Assembly (NCBI GenBank): GCA_003650185.1
Contig: QMOF01000001.1
Location: 1 to 33,489 of the forward strand
Length of the DNA: 33,489 nucleotides
DNA from: Chloroflexota bacterium
GTDB lineage: Bacteria > Chloroflexota > Dehalococcoidia > UBA2247 > RBG-13-53-26
Direction of reading: 5' to 3'
Part shown: piece by piece, positions 15,316 to 24,664 of the stretch
Layout of the letters: the number at the start of each line of letters is the position of its first letter
Position numbering within the stretch: position 1 is the first letter of the stretch
Translations under genes and position numbers: made by a program
The notes under the pieces: generated by a model
The model's input: the letters and a program-made list of their open reading frames with translations, nothing else
What the model was told of the DNA's origin: nothing
The model's database searches: none

Positions 15316-15344
15316 ATTTTAGCGAAAACACCGCGCCCCTGCAA
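15316..15344 (-). promoter_or_regulatory. sigma-70-type promoter of the fmdB-like/dnaJ unit
   Basis: On the minus strand: TTGCAG (15339-15344), 17 nt, TAAAAT (15316-15321), 2 nt, then CIRCE. This is the classic promoter-CIRCE arrangement. Confidence 0.6.
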
Positions 15345-15428
15345 GCACCTGGGACTGCTTTCACCACCGCGAAAAACGTGGCTGACAGGCAGCATCAGCA
15401 CCAGAGCAGCCACGCACGGACCAGTCAC

Positions 15429-15761
15429 CTAATCCGTTACTCTCTCGTCGACCAGGAAAGCCACCGTCTTGCTGGTGTCCAGAAACGTCTGCTCATCCTC
15501 GCGGATCGCCTTTCCCGCCTCCGTTTCCAGCGCCTCTACGATGGCCTGGGCATCTTCCATGGTGTCAAACCAGAACTCTGTGATGCAGTCGAAACCCGGT
15601 TCCTCACCACTGAGAGACATGACGATGTGGTTTCGCACGTACTTCTTGATGGTGGGAAAACATCTCAACGCCAGCGGTGCATGCACCTCCTCGTAATGCC
15701 GGACGAACTCCTCGTGCGAGATCGACTCTTTCCTCTTGAGCAAGGCCACCGACTTGATCAC
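15429..15761 (-). CDS. EthD domain protein
   Basis: (M)IKSVALLKRKESISHEEFVRHYEEVHAPL is the typical EthD-family N-terminus. The GTG at 15761 is preceded by AAGGGGG. The track start at 15782 adds 7 aa. Confidence 0.7.
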   Translation of the reverse strand: MIKSVALLKRKESISHEEFVRHYEEVHAPLALRCFPTIKKYVRNHIVMSLSGEEPGFDCITEFWFDTMEDAQAIVEALETEAGKAIREDEQTFLDTSKTVAFLVDERVTD

Positions 15762-15794
15762 ATTCACCCCCTTATGATTCAACTCTTGCCCGGG

Positions 15795-17729
15795 CTATAT
15801 CTTCAACGCTACCCTGGCAGCCTCCAGCGTGGCAGCCGCTGCATGGCGCGGCTCCACGCAGTCGCCAATCCGGTAGACTTCCGGAGCGAGCCCTTCCACT
15901 GCATCAGCCAGTCCGCTGTCCGGCACCGCGCCGATCGCCAGCACCACTGTATCGGCCAGCAGGTGGAACGTCTCGCCTCCGAAGTCCAGCACCACGCCGG
16001 CCCCGGTGATCTCCCGCACAGAGGTATCCAGATACATGGGTATGCGCAAAGCAATCAGCCGCCTCACCAGCGCCATGTAGGTGAAGTGCTCTTCGGGGCC
16101 TTTCCGACCCCCGAGCCTGCCACGGCTGACCAGGGTCACCTCTCGCCCCTGCTCCGCCAGCCAGGCAGCCAACTCCATTCCCAGGAAGCGTCCCCCGATC
16201 ACCGCAACCTTCTTTCCTACATCAACCCGGCCCAGGATAACGTCATTAGCCTGAACGACACGGCCACCCGAAGCCACAGGCACGCCCAACCCCTGGGGTA
16301 CTGCACCGGTGGCCAGCACCAGGGCATCCGGATTCTCTGCCAGAACCACCTCTCTGGTGACCTCGCTGCCCAGAAACACGCGCACCCCGTGTTCGCCCAG
16401 GCACCTCCGCAGATAGTCGACAAAGGCAGCATAACCTTCTTTCCCCGGCATGGCACAGGCAATCTTCCACTGACCACCCAGGTCGGTATCTCGCTCGTGG
16501 AGCGACACCCGGTGCCCCCGCTGCGCCAGCAGTGCAGCGGCTTGCATGCCAGCCGGACCACCTCCAACCACCATCACCTTCTTCGGCGACGGCGCTGCTA
16601 CAAGCGCGCTCCTCGCCTCTCGGTATAGAAACGGGTTGACGGTGCAGGACGCCGGGCTACCGAGCTGTCGCTCACAGTTGTTGCAGTATATGCACCGTCG
16701 CACATGGTCTACACGTCCCTGGCGCAGCTTGTTGGGCAATTCTGGATCGGCCAGAAGGGGGCGCCCCAGGGCAACGAAGTCTGCCCTGCCGCTACCGATT
16801 ATCTGCTCTGCCAGCTCCGCGTCTATTTTCCCTGCTACTATCACCGGTATGCGCACCGCCTTCTTCACCGCTTCGGCCAGCGACACCATCGGCCCCTTGG
16901 GAAAGAGATAGCACGGTATGTTCAGCGGAGACCAGCATTCGATGCCTCCGGAAACGCTGACGGCGTCGGCCCCGGCCGCCTCCAGGATGCGCGCCTGAAG
17001 CACAGCTTCGTCAACGGTGAGGCCGCCTTCCACATCATCGGTGCCGTTCATCCTGACGGAGACCGGGAACCCCGGACCGACCTTGTCCCTCATTCGCTGC
17101 ACAATCCTGACAGCGAAGCGGGCCCTCTTCTCCACGGTGCCACCGTAAGCATCGTTCCTTCTGTTGGTGACCGGGGACAGAAAGGTGCTTACCAGGCACC
17201 CGTGGCAGGCATGCAACTCGACCGCGTCTGCTCCCGCTTCACTGGCGCGACGTGCCGCTTCAGAGAAGTCCTCTACATAGCGCTCGATGTCGCTTTCGTC
17301 GACCTCCCTGTACGGCTCGTCGCCCACCATCCACGGCATTGCCGACGGTACCATGATGGGAACGCCTTGACGCATCGATTTCGGGACTATGCTGGCCAGA
17401 AGGCCATAGTGCACCAACTGGATAGAGACCTTGGCCCCGTGCTCATGAATGGTCTCCACGAGTTTGCGCAGCCCAGGGAGGAAGCCATCGTCGTAGATGG
17501 CCAGGTTGAAGGGGGCGGCGCTTTCGCGGCTGACCGCCGCGATCTGAGTGGTTATCAGCGCTACCCCGCCACGTGCCCTGGCACGGTAATAGTCCAGCAG
17601 CCTGTCGGTGACATTGCCCTGTTCGTCAGCCAGGAAATTGCCCATGGCTGACATGACCAGCCTGTTCTCAAGCCGCAGCCCGCCTATGCGGCCTGGCTGG
17701 AACAGTGAGTGGAATTTGGTCATTCTCAT
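15795..17729 (-). CDS. NADH:flavin oxidoreductase / 2,4-dienoyl-CoA reductase-like (OYE TIM barrel + 4Fe-4S linker + FAD/NAD(P) domain)
   Basis: 644 aa. The OYE-like N-terminus is LFQPGRIGGLRLENRLVMSAMG...HACHGCLVSTFLSP..N.R.D.YGG. A Cys cluster (CIYCNNC....C) and the Rossmann motif VMVVGGGPAGMQAA are present. Confidence 0.85.
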   Translation of the reverse strand: MRMTKFHSLFQPGRIGGLRLENRLVMSAMGNFLADEQGNVTDRLLDYYRARARGGVALITTQIAAVSRESAAPFNLAIYDDGFLPGLRKLVETIHEHGAKVSIQLVHYGLLASIVPKSMRQGVPIMVPSAMPWMVGDEPYREVDESDIERYVEDFSEAARRASEAGADAVELHACHGCLVSTFLSPVTNRRNDAYGGTVEKRARFAVRIVQRMRDKVGPGFPVSVRMNGTDDVEGGLTVDEAVLQARILEAAGADAVSVSGGIECWSPLNIPCYLFPKGPMVSLAEAVKKAVRIPVIVAGKIDAELAEQIIGSGRADFVALGRPLLADPELPNKLRQGRVDHVRRCIYCNNCERQLGSPASCTVNPFLYREARSALVAAPSPKKVMVVGGGPAGMQAAALLAQRGHRVSLHERDTDLGGQWKIACAMPGKEGYAAFVDYLRRCLGEHGVRVFLGSEVTREVVLAENPDALVLATGAVPQGLGVPVASGGRVVQANDVILGRVDVGKKVAVIGGRFLGMELAAWLAEQGREVTLVSRGRLGGRKGPEEHFTYMALVRRLIALRIPMYLDTSVREITGAGVVLDFGGETFHLLADTVVLAIGAVPDSGLADAVEGLAPEVYRIGDCVEPRHAAAATLEAARVALKI

Positions 17730-17893
17730 TCTCTACTCCCGGGGTGCTTCATCACGCCTACGCTGTCGCCCGTCCCTTTTTCAGCGGGGTCCGGGAAGGG
17801 CTGAGGGACACTGATGCGACCAATGGCCAGTCCGAGGTCTTACAAAAGCACCTGGACATGCATCCTTCCCGCGGAAACGAAGGCTGACAGAAA

Positions 17894-17965
17894 TGGCAGC
17901 GGAGGGATTTGAACCCCCGACCCGAGGCTTATGAGTCCCCTGCTCTACCACTGAGCTACGCTGCC
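17894..17965 (-). tRNA. tRNA with CAU anticodon (elongator Met or, after lysidine modification, Ile2)
   Basis: The reverse complement is GGCAGCG TA GCTC AGTGGTA GAGC A GGGGA CTCATAA GCCTC GGGTC GGGGG TTCAAAT CCCTC CGCTGCC A. It forms a full cloverleaf. The G1-C72 pair excludes an initiator. There is an A31/G39 mismatch and no encoded CCA. Confidence 0.85.
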
Positions 17966-18086
17966 ACCTGGAAAAAGCTAGCACAGCCCGGGTCGAGTGT
18001 CAAACCCGCCACCCTTCGTGGATGCAGGGCGTCCAGGTGCACCTGGCCTGCGGGCGAGTCGACTGCCCACAAGCGCCGGTAGTAAA

Positions 18087-19997
18087 ATGGAGTCTGCGAT
18101 GTACGAGGTGATCGTAGTCGGAGCCGGCCACGCTGGTTGCGAGGCAGCCCTGGCAGCCGCACGCCTGGGCTGCAAGACCTTGCTCCTTTCCATGAACCTG
18201 GACAACGTAGCCCTCATGCCCTGCAACCCTTCCATCGGCGGGCCAGCCAAGGGCCATGTCGTCCGCGAGATCGATGCCCTCGGGGGCGAGATGGCCAGGA
18301 ACATTGACAAGACCTTTATCCAGATAAGGATGCTCAACACGGGCAAGGGTCCAGCGGTCCGTGCACTCAGAGCTCAGGCAGACAAGAAGCTCTACAGCAT
18401 GTCCATGAAGCACACCCTGGAACGGCAGCCCAATCTCCACCTGAAGCAGGGCCTGGTGGAGGCCATCGGGATCGACAGCGACAACGCTGGCCAGTCCGCG
18501 CTCGCCAGTCTGTGGGTAAAGACCAGTTCATCGCAGGTCTACAAGAGCAAGACCGTAGTGCTCACTACCGGCACATCTCTGAACGGCCGCGTAATCGTGG
18601 GCGAGTCTAGCTACCAGGCGGGCAGAGCCGGAGAGTTCGCCGCCCTCGGGCTGTCCGAAAGCCTCCGCCGCCTCGGCTTCACCCTTGCGCGTCTGAAGAC
18701 CGGCACGCCCCCACGCCTGGACGCCAGGACCATCGACTTCAGCAAGACAGTCTTGCAGCCGGGCAGCGAGACGCCTCTCCATTTCGCCTTTCGCCACGAG
18801 CAGTTGGACCAGTCGCACTTCCCCCCACCCAACCCGCTGTATCCACAGGGTACACCCACCCGGTGGCGACCCCAACTGCCGTGCTACCAGGTCTACACCA
18901 ATGCCGAAACACACCAGATCATCCGGGCCAACCTTCACCGGGCCCCGTTGTTCAACGGGTCGATCCAGGGGGTCGGCCCGCGCTACTGCCCTTCGATAGA
19001 GGACAAGATCGTCAGGTTCGCCCACAAGGACGCTCACCCACTTTTCCTGGAACCGGAAGGGTGGGAGACCGGGGAGGTCTACGTCCAGGGTGGGAACACC
19101 AGCCTGCCCGAAGACGTGCAGTTGGCCATGCTGCGCTCCATCCCCGCTCTGGAGAGGGTAGAGATGGTCAGAGCAGGCTATGCCATCGAGTATGACTATG
19201 TCCCGCCCTCACAGACCCAGGCGACCCTGGAGTCAAAGCTGGTGCCGGGACTGTTCCTTGCTGGTCAAATCAACGGGACCACCGGCTACGAAGAGGCAGC
19301 AGGCCAGGGACTGGTCGCCGGTATCAACGCGGCAAACAAGGCCCGAGGCAGGCCGCCCCTGATTCTGCGGCGTGACCAGGCCTACATCGGGGTCATGATC
19401 GACGACCTCGTGACACGGGAGCTGACCGAGCCCTACCGATTGCTCACCTCGCGGGCAGAATACCGCCTCCTTCTGCGGCAGGACAACGCCGACCTGCGAC
19501 TGACACCTGTGGGATACGAGCTGGGCCTGGTCGACAGGTCTCGCTACCAGGCGGTCGAGGCCAAGAGAGAGGCCATCGCCGCGGATGTGGAACGGCTCAA
19601 GAGGACGTTCCTACCATCCGATAATGGTAATGGTAGCCTGGCCGCCGTTGAATTCCTTCGGCGCCCGGAGGTGAGCTACCACACCCTGCTGTCCCTTGGC
19701 CTGGGTTCCAGCGACATCAGCCCCGAGGTGGCCGAGCAGGTAGAGATCGAGACAAAGTACTGGGGTTATATCGAGAAGCAGAGAAGAGAAGTAGAGCGAA
19801 TACGCCGCCTGGAGGAGTGGCGTCTGCCGCCAGACCTGGACTACGTCGGCCTGGTCGGCCTCCGGTTTGAAGCATCCCACAAGCTCTGCAGGCTGCGCCC
19901 GGCTACGATAGGCCAGGCCTCCCGGATCGACGGAGTCACCCCTGCCGACATAGCCGTCCTGATGGTACATCTGGGAAGGATACGACGCAGACGTTGA
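18087..19997 (+). CDS. mnmG: tRNA uridine-5-carboxymethylaminomethyl modification enzyme MnmG (GidA)
   Basis: [26 protein letters not shown].......[22 protein letters not shown] and the full-length pattern are present. The ATG at 18087 (or 18099) is preferred over the track start at 17997, which adds a low-complexity extension. Confidence 0.93.
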   Translation: MESAMYEVIVVGAGHAGCEAALAAARLGCKTLLLSMNLDNVALMPCNPSIGGPAKGHVVREIDALGGEMARNIDKTFIQIRMLNTGKGPAVRALRAQADKKLYSMSMKHTLERQPNLHLKQGLVEAIGIDSDNAGQSALASLWVKTSSSQVYKSKTVVLTTGTSLNGRVIVGESSYQAGRAGEFAALGLSESLRRLGFTLARLKTGTPPRLDARTIDFSKTVLQPGSETPLHFAFRHEQLDQSHFPPPNPLYPQGTPTRWRPQLPCYQVYTNAETHQIIRANLHRAPLFNGSIQGVGPRYCPSIEDKIVRFAHKDAHPLFLEPEGWETGEVYVQGGNTSLPEDVQLAMLRSIPALERVEMVRAGYAIEYDYVPPSQTQATLESKLVPGLFLAGQINGTTGYEEAAGQGLVAGINAANKARGRPPLILRRDQAYIGVMIDDLVTRELTEPYRLLTSRAEYRLLLRQDNADLRLTPVGYELGLVDRSRYQAVEAKREAIAADVERLKRTFLPSDNGNGSLAAVEFLRRPEVSYHTLLSLGLGSSDISPEVAEQVEIETKYWGYIEKQRREVERIRRLEEWRLPPDLDYVGLVGLRFEASHKLCRLRPATIGQASRIDGVTPADIAVLMVHLGRIRRRR

Positions 19998-21544
19998 GAC
20001 CGTCGGCAGACCTCCTGTTGTGCAACGCCAATGTGCTGACCCTGGACCCGGCCAAGCCCAGAGCAGCAGCCGTGGCCATCCGCGGCGACCGGATACTGCT
20101 GGTTGGCGGTGATGACGACATCCAGCCCCTTAAGGGACCACACACCAGGGTCATCGATTGCCACGGCAAGGCCGTGATTCCCGGATTCGAGGATGCCCAC
20201 TGTCACCCACTTGCACTGGCTGCCAGCCTCCTCAGCGTAGACTGCGGGCCCCTCTCGGTGAGAAGTATCGGCGACCTGATAAGCCGCATCCATGAAAGGG
20301 CCAGTAGCACCCCTGCGGGCGAATGGATCAGGGCCACTGGCTATCATGAGTTTTACCTGAGGGAGAAGCGTCATCCCAACCGCTGGGAACTCGATCAAGC
20401 CACGTCAGACCATCCCGTCAAGCTGTCCCACCGTTCCGGCCACGCCTGCGTGCTCAACAGCCTGGGCCTTGAAAGGCTCGGCATATCATCCGAGACTCCT
20501 GAACCACCCGGCTCCATCATCGAACGAGACCTGGCCACCGGCGAGCCGAACGGCATCTTGTTTGAGATGAACTCTTACGTGGAAAGCCGGATGCCTCCGC
20601 TGACCGATCAGGAGATGGATCGGGGGATGGCGCTAGCCAACCAGTTGCTCCTTTCTCATGGAATCACGTCTATCCAGGATGCAAGCTGGGCCAACAGCCA
20701 GCAACGCCTGCGGCTATTGGGCCACTTCAGACAGGAGGGAACGTGCTTTCCACGCGTATCGATGATGATAGGCACAGATGACCTCCAGGAGTTTGCTTCC
20801 ACAGGTCTCACAACAGGAAGCAACCTCGGCAACGGCGTACGCCTGGGTGCCGTGAAGATGGTGCTGCAAACCGCCACGGGCCACCTCAGTCCCTCCCAGG
20901 AAGACCTGGACTGGCTCGTCTCCACCGCGCACCAGGCTGGTTTCCAGCTTGCTATCCATGCCGTTGAGCAAAACGAGGTAGAGGCAGCCGTCAACGCCCT
21001 CGAATATGCCTTGTCGCAAGCTCCCCGGACGGGCCATCGCCATCGCCTTGAGCATTGCTCTGTCTGCCCTCCGCGCCTGGTGCGGCGGCTGGCGGGCATC
21101 CAGGCAGTCATTGTCACCCAGCCAGGTTTCATCTATTACAGCGGGGAGAGGTACCTGGCTACCGTACCAGCATCGGACCTCGAATGGCTCTACCCCATTG
21201 GCTCCCTCACCAGAGAGGGCCTGGTGGTTGCCGCTGGGTCGGACGCGCCGGTATCACCTCCAAGCCCCCTGGTCGGTATCGAAGCCGCCGTCACCAGGAC
21301 GGCAGAGACAGGGCAGGTCGTACTCGAGCGGGAAGCCGTCGGTAGGGTGGAGGCGCTCAAGATGTACACCTGGAACGCGGCCTATGCTTCCTTCGAAGAG
21401 AGGGAAAAGGGGCGCATCGCCGCCGGTAACCTGGCCGACCTGGTGGTATTGAGCGCTGACCCTACCCAGGTGCCATCAAAGGAAATCGAGTCAACGGAAG
21501 TGCTCATGACCATCATTGGCGGAGAGGTCGCATGGCAGAGATGA
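19994..21544 (+). CDS. amidohydrolase-family metallohydrolase (Amidohydro_3 / YtcJ-like)
   Basis: 516 aa. [14 protein letters not shown]......[13 protein letters not shown]...........[19 protein letters not shown] is present, with a C-terminal GSDAPV and the [15 protein letters not shown] motif. The TTG start overlaps the mnmG stop. Confidence 0.8.
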   Translation: MRPSADLLLCNANVLTLDPAKPRAAAVAIRGDRILLVGGDDDIQPLKGPHTRVIDCHGKAVIPGFEDAHCHPLALAASLLSVDCGPLSVRSIGDLISRIHERASSTPAGEWIRATGYHEFYLREKRHPNRWELDQATSDHPVKLSHRSGHACVLNSLGLERLGISSETPEPPGSIIERDLATGEPNGILFEMNSYVESRMPPLTDQEMDRGMALANQLLLSHGITSIQDASWANSQQRLRLLGHFRQEGTCFPRVSMMIGTDDLQEFASTGLTTGSNLGNGVRLGAVKMVLQTATGHLSPSQEDLDWLVSTAHQAGFQLAIHAVEQNEVEAAVNALEYALSQAPRTGHRHRLEHCSVCPPRLVRRLAGIQAVIVTQPGFIYYSGERYLATVPASDLEWLYPIGSLTREGLVVAAGSDAPVSPPSPLVGIEAAVTRTAETGQVVLEREAVGRVEALKMYTWNAAYASFEEREKGRIAAGNLADLVVLSADPTQVPSKEIESTEVLMTIIGGEVAWQR

Positions 21545-22881
21545 ACCTGATGGACTTCCAGGGCGCTGTAGACTACGTACTCAGCTTCGCTGACTACGAA
21601 AGGCTGTCGCGCTCAGCCGTAGTCTTTGACCTGGCACGCATAGAAGCCCTGCTGCACAGGTCGGGCGATCCTCACCTGGCTGCCAGGGCCGTCCATGTCG
21701 CCGGGACGAAAGGGAAGGGCAGCACCTCAGCCATGATCGCCACCGCGCTTACCGCTTCAGGCCACAGAACCGGTCTCTACACCTCGCCGCACCTTCACAC
21801 CATCCGCGAAAGAATCCAGATCGACGGCAGCCTCATCTCGGAACGTGCTTTTGCCGGCCTGGTCGCCAGGCTCAGACCTCACATCGAGTACATCAACCGC
21901 ACCTGCACACTTGGGGAGTTGACCACCTTCGAAATACTGACCGCAATGGCCTTTTCTCACTTCGAAGAGAGGGCAGTGGACTTCCAGGTACTGGAAACCG
22001 GCCTCGGCGGACGCCTCGATGCCACCAACGTCATCCGGCCAGAGGTCTGTGTCATTACTTCGATAAGCCTCGACCACACGGAAGTACTTGGCGACACCAT
22101 CGCACAGATAGCCGTCGAGAAGGCTGGGATCATCAAACCCGGCACCCCGGTGGTCTGCGCTCCGCAAGTGCCGGAAGCGGCCTCCGTGATAGAAGAGGTA
22201 TGCCACGACAGGGAGTCAAGGCTAATCAGGGTAGGGCACGACGTCACCTGGAAGAAGACCGGCGCCAGCGATCTGGGCCAGTCGTTCCGTGTCAAGGGCA
22301 CAAAGGGCAGCTACGACCTTACCGTCCCCCTCCTCGGCGAGCACCAGTTGGAGAACGCTGCCGCTGCTGTAGCTGCGCTGGAAGTTTTGGCTGAAGGCAC
22401 CGGCATCACCCCCGACAGCATCGCCCGGGGATTGGCACAGGTCCGCTGGCCAGGGCGTCTCCAGGTCATGCGAACAAGACCGCTTTTCGTCGTCGACGGT
22501 GCTCACAACGCCGACTCGGTGGAAAAGCTGAAGCAATCCCTGAGGCAGTCTTTTGCTTTCGATGACTCGATCCTCATAGTGGGCGCATCGCGGGACAAGA
22601 ACATTACCGGGATTGTCGCCGGCCTGGCGCCGTTTTCTCGAAGAGTCATTGTCACCCAGTCCGAACACCCCAGGGCTGCCGAGGTCTCCACGCTAGCCCA
22701 AGAGTTCTCAAAATGGGGCATAGAGGCATTGATCGCCCGGGATACAGACTCGGCCATCCGGGCAGCACTCAGAGAAGCGAAACCAACTGACCTCATCTGC
22801 GTTACCGGGTCGCTCTTCGTGGTGTCCGAGGCACTACGTTACTTCGGCAGACCCGCCCAGCCTGGCACGACGGCTCCTTGA
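21532..22881 (+). CDS. folC: bifunctional folylpolyglutamate synthase / dihydrofolate synthase
   Basis: It has the Mur-ligase-type P-loop HVAGTKGKGST, then TSPHL....ERI..DG, ...LE.GLGGRLDATNV and the VDGAHN motif. Confidence 0.9.
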   Translation: MAEMNLMDFQGAVDYVLSFADYERLSRSAVVFDLARIEALLHRSGDPHLAARAVHVAGTKGKGSTSAMIATALTASGHRTGLYTSPHLHTIRERIQIDGSLISERAFAGLVARLRPHIEYINRTCTLGELTTFEILTAMAFSHFEERAVDFQVLETGLGGRLDATNVIRPEVCVITSISLDHTEVLGDTIAQIAVEKAGIIKPGTPVVCAPQVPEAASVIEEVCHDRESRLIRVGHDVTWKKTGASDLGQSFRVKGTKGSYDLTVPLLGEHQLENAAAAVAALEVLAEGTGITPDSIARGLAQVRWPGRLQVMRTRPLFVVDGAHNADSVEKLKQSLRQSFAFDDSILIVGASRDKNITGIVAGLAPFSRRVIVTQSEHPRAAEVSTLAQEFSKWGIEALIARDTDSAIRAALREAKPTDLICVTGSLFVVSEALRYFGRPAQPGTTAP

Positions 22882-22969
22882 CGACCATCGCCGCAGGGCC
22901 AGGTCACGTCACGCGGCATACCAGAACATCCTGCACCGTGCCAAATGGTAACAACAGAGCCGCCAGCTT

Positions 22970-22999
22970 TTGACATTCAGGGTGAATTTGGTGTACTCT
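22970..22999 (+). promoter_or_regulatory. candidate promoter of the DUF35-thiolase-HMGCS-like operon
   Basis: TTGACA (22970-22975), 18 nt, TACTCT (22994-22999). It lies ~45 nt upstream of the AGGAGG/ATG of the first gene. Confidence 0.4.
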
Positions 23000-23043
23000 T
23001 ACAGGCAGACGTCCCACTTTATACAGCCTAAGGAGGTGTTTTG

Positions 23044-23448
23044 ATGGTTCAGCCTGCCCCAGCCTCGCCCTTGTTTTGGAGATTCAATCCAGAGATATAC
23101 CAGCGGATGGGGATGAAGTGCTCCGACTGCGGTCACATTACCTACCCGAGACGCAAGATCTGTCCCGAGTGTGGCAGCTTCAACGTCAAGGAACACCAGC
23201 TTTCCAAAACAGGAAAAGTGCACACCTTTTGCATCAACTGGACACCACCACCGAACCTGGAACCGCCCATTGTTAACGTGATTGTGGACCTTGACGGCGG
23301 CGGCAGGTATCAAGGGCTCATAACGGAAGTGGCTAACCCCGAGGATGTGACTATAGGCACCAAGGTGGAGATGGTCCTTAGGAAGGTAATGACTGACAGA
23401 GGGCTGAACATCTACGGCTACAAGTTCAGACTCGTAGAGGAGGGCTAG
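23044..23448 (+). CDS. DUF35 zinc-ribbon/OB-fold protein (thiolase-associated)
   Basis: 134 aa. The rubredoxin-like ribbon CSDCGHITYPRRKICPECGS is followed by an OB-fold segment (GKVHTFCI...VNVIVDLDGG.RYQGLI). AGGAGG lies 8 nt upstream of ATG 23044. Confidence 0.85.
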   Translation: MVQPAPASPLFWRFNPEIYQRMGMKCSDCGHITYPRRKICPECGSFNVKEHQLSKTGKVHTFCINWTPPPNLEPPIVNVIVDLDGGGRYQGLITEVANPEDVTIGTKVEMVLRKVMTDRGLNIYGYKFRLVEEG

Positions 23449-23449
23449 T

Positions 23450-24646
23450 ATGAGAGGTAAGGTCGCTATCATAGGCGTCGGCATGATTCCCTTCGGGGAG
23501 CTCTTTGAAATGGGCCTGGAGGAAATGGTCCAGCAAGCTTACATCAATTGCCTCAACAGCGTTGATAAGGGGATTTCTACCAAGGATATCAAAGCAGCCT
23601 GGTTCGGGCAGTGGAGCGGTGGCGGTATGATTGGGCAGGGCGCCTTGTGCGGAGCCTCTCTGGCAACCATGATAGGGAATCGGGAAATACCCATAACCAG
23701 GACCGAAAACGGGTGTCCCACCGGGAGCGATGCTTTCAGGAATGCATGCCTCGGGGTTGCCTCCGGCGTTTACGACGTCGTCCTGGCCATGGGGGCTGAG
23801 AAGATGCGGGACAAGCCGGGAGTGGAGTCGCTCATAGCTGCCGGCGGGGGTGGCGGGGGCATCCTGGGTCTACATCCCTCCTGGATGCTGGGCATGGGTG
23901 GACCAGTCTTGCAGGCGCTCTATGCTACCAGGCAGATGCACGAGCTGGGCTACACCATGGAGGACTACGCCAGGGTCGCCGTCAAGAACCATCACAACGG
24001 AGTCGCCTGCCCGTATGCCCACTATCGATTTGAGGTAACTATGGAGCGGGTGCTCAACAGCCCCATTGTCTGCTGGCCGTTGCACCTGCTCGACTGCTGC
24101 CCTCAGACCGACGGCGCTGCCTGCGCCATCGTCTGCCGGGCCGACATAGCCAAGAGCTTCACCGACAAGCCTGTCTACGTCCTGGGTAGCAACACCGGCC
24201 TCGATCACAAGAACATGTGGGACAAGCACAGCTTCGTTGAAATGCTTTCTACAGTCAGGGCGGCCAGAGGGGCCTTCGAGATGGCCGGCATCAAGCCGGA
24301 TGACGTAGACTTCGCTGAGATCCACGATTGTTTCACCAACACGGAGCTGATGAACCTCGAGGACATCGGCTTCTGCAAGAAGGGCGAAGCCGCCAATCTG
24401 CTCAGGGAAGGCTACTGGAACCGTGACGGCGCGAAGCCCATAAACCCAAGTGGAGGGCTAAAGGCGCACGGGCATCCCATAGCTGCCACCGGCATCGGGC
24501 AGATATGCGAAAACTACTGGCAATTGCGAGAAGAGGTAGAACCGGAAAGACAGGTCAAGCTAAAGAATGGTATCGCCCTGAGCCACAACGTGGGCGGGGA
24601 TGCATTCGGCGTTTCGTGCGTCACCATCCTCAGCCGTTCCCTATAA
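23450..24646 (+). CDS. thiolase-like protein (archaeal/SCP-x type acetyl-CoA C-acyltransferase family)
   Basis: 398 aa. VAIIGVGMIPFGE, the nucleophile region ENGCPTGSDAF, DVVLAMGAEKM, C-terminal NPSGGLKAHGHPIAATG and HNVGG are present. Confidence 0.85.
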   Translation: MRGKVAIIGVGMIPFGELFEMGLEEMVQQAYINCLNSVDKGISTKDIKAAWFGQWSGGGMIGQGALCGASLATMIGNREIPITRTENGCPTGSDAFRNACLGVASGVYDVVLAMGAEKMRDKPGVESLIAAGGGGGGILGLHPSWMLGMGGPVLQALYATRQMHELGYTMEDYARVAVKNHHNGVACPYAHYRFEVTMERVLNSPIVCWPLHLLDCCPQTDGAACAIVCRADIAKSFTDKPVYVLGSNTGLDHKNMWDKHSFVEMLSTVRAARGAFEMAGIKPDDVDFAEIHDCFTNTELMNLEDIGFCKKGEAANLLREGYWNRDGAKPINPSGGLKAHGHPIAATGIGQICENYWQLREEVEPERQVKLKNGIALSHNVGGDAFGVSCVTILSRSL

Positions 24647-24664
24647 AACGCAAAGGAGGCAAAT

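Noticed and set aside
15378-17651. 416-aa and 315-aa plus-strand ORFs
   Set aside because: They lie antisense to the EthD and OYE/dienoyl-CoA-reductase-like genes. Their composition is His/Arg/Pro-rich and unlike real proteins.
17997-18086. N-terminal 30-aa extension of mnmG from the track start
   Set aside because: The extension is a Pro/Gly/Arg-rich low-complexity segment. MnmG proteins begin just before the GxGxxG FAD motif, so ATG 18087/18099 fits.
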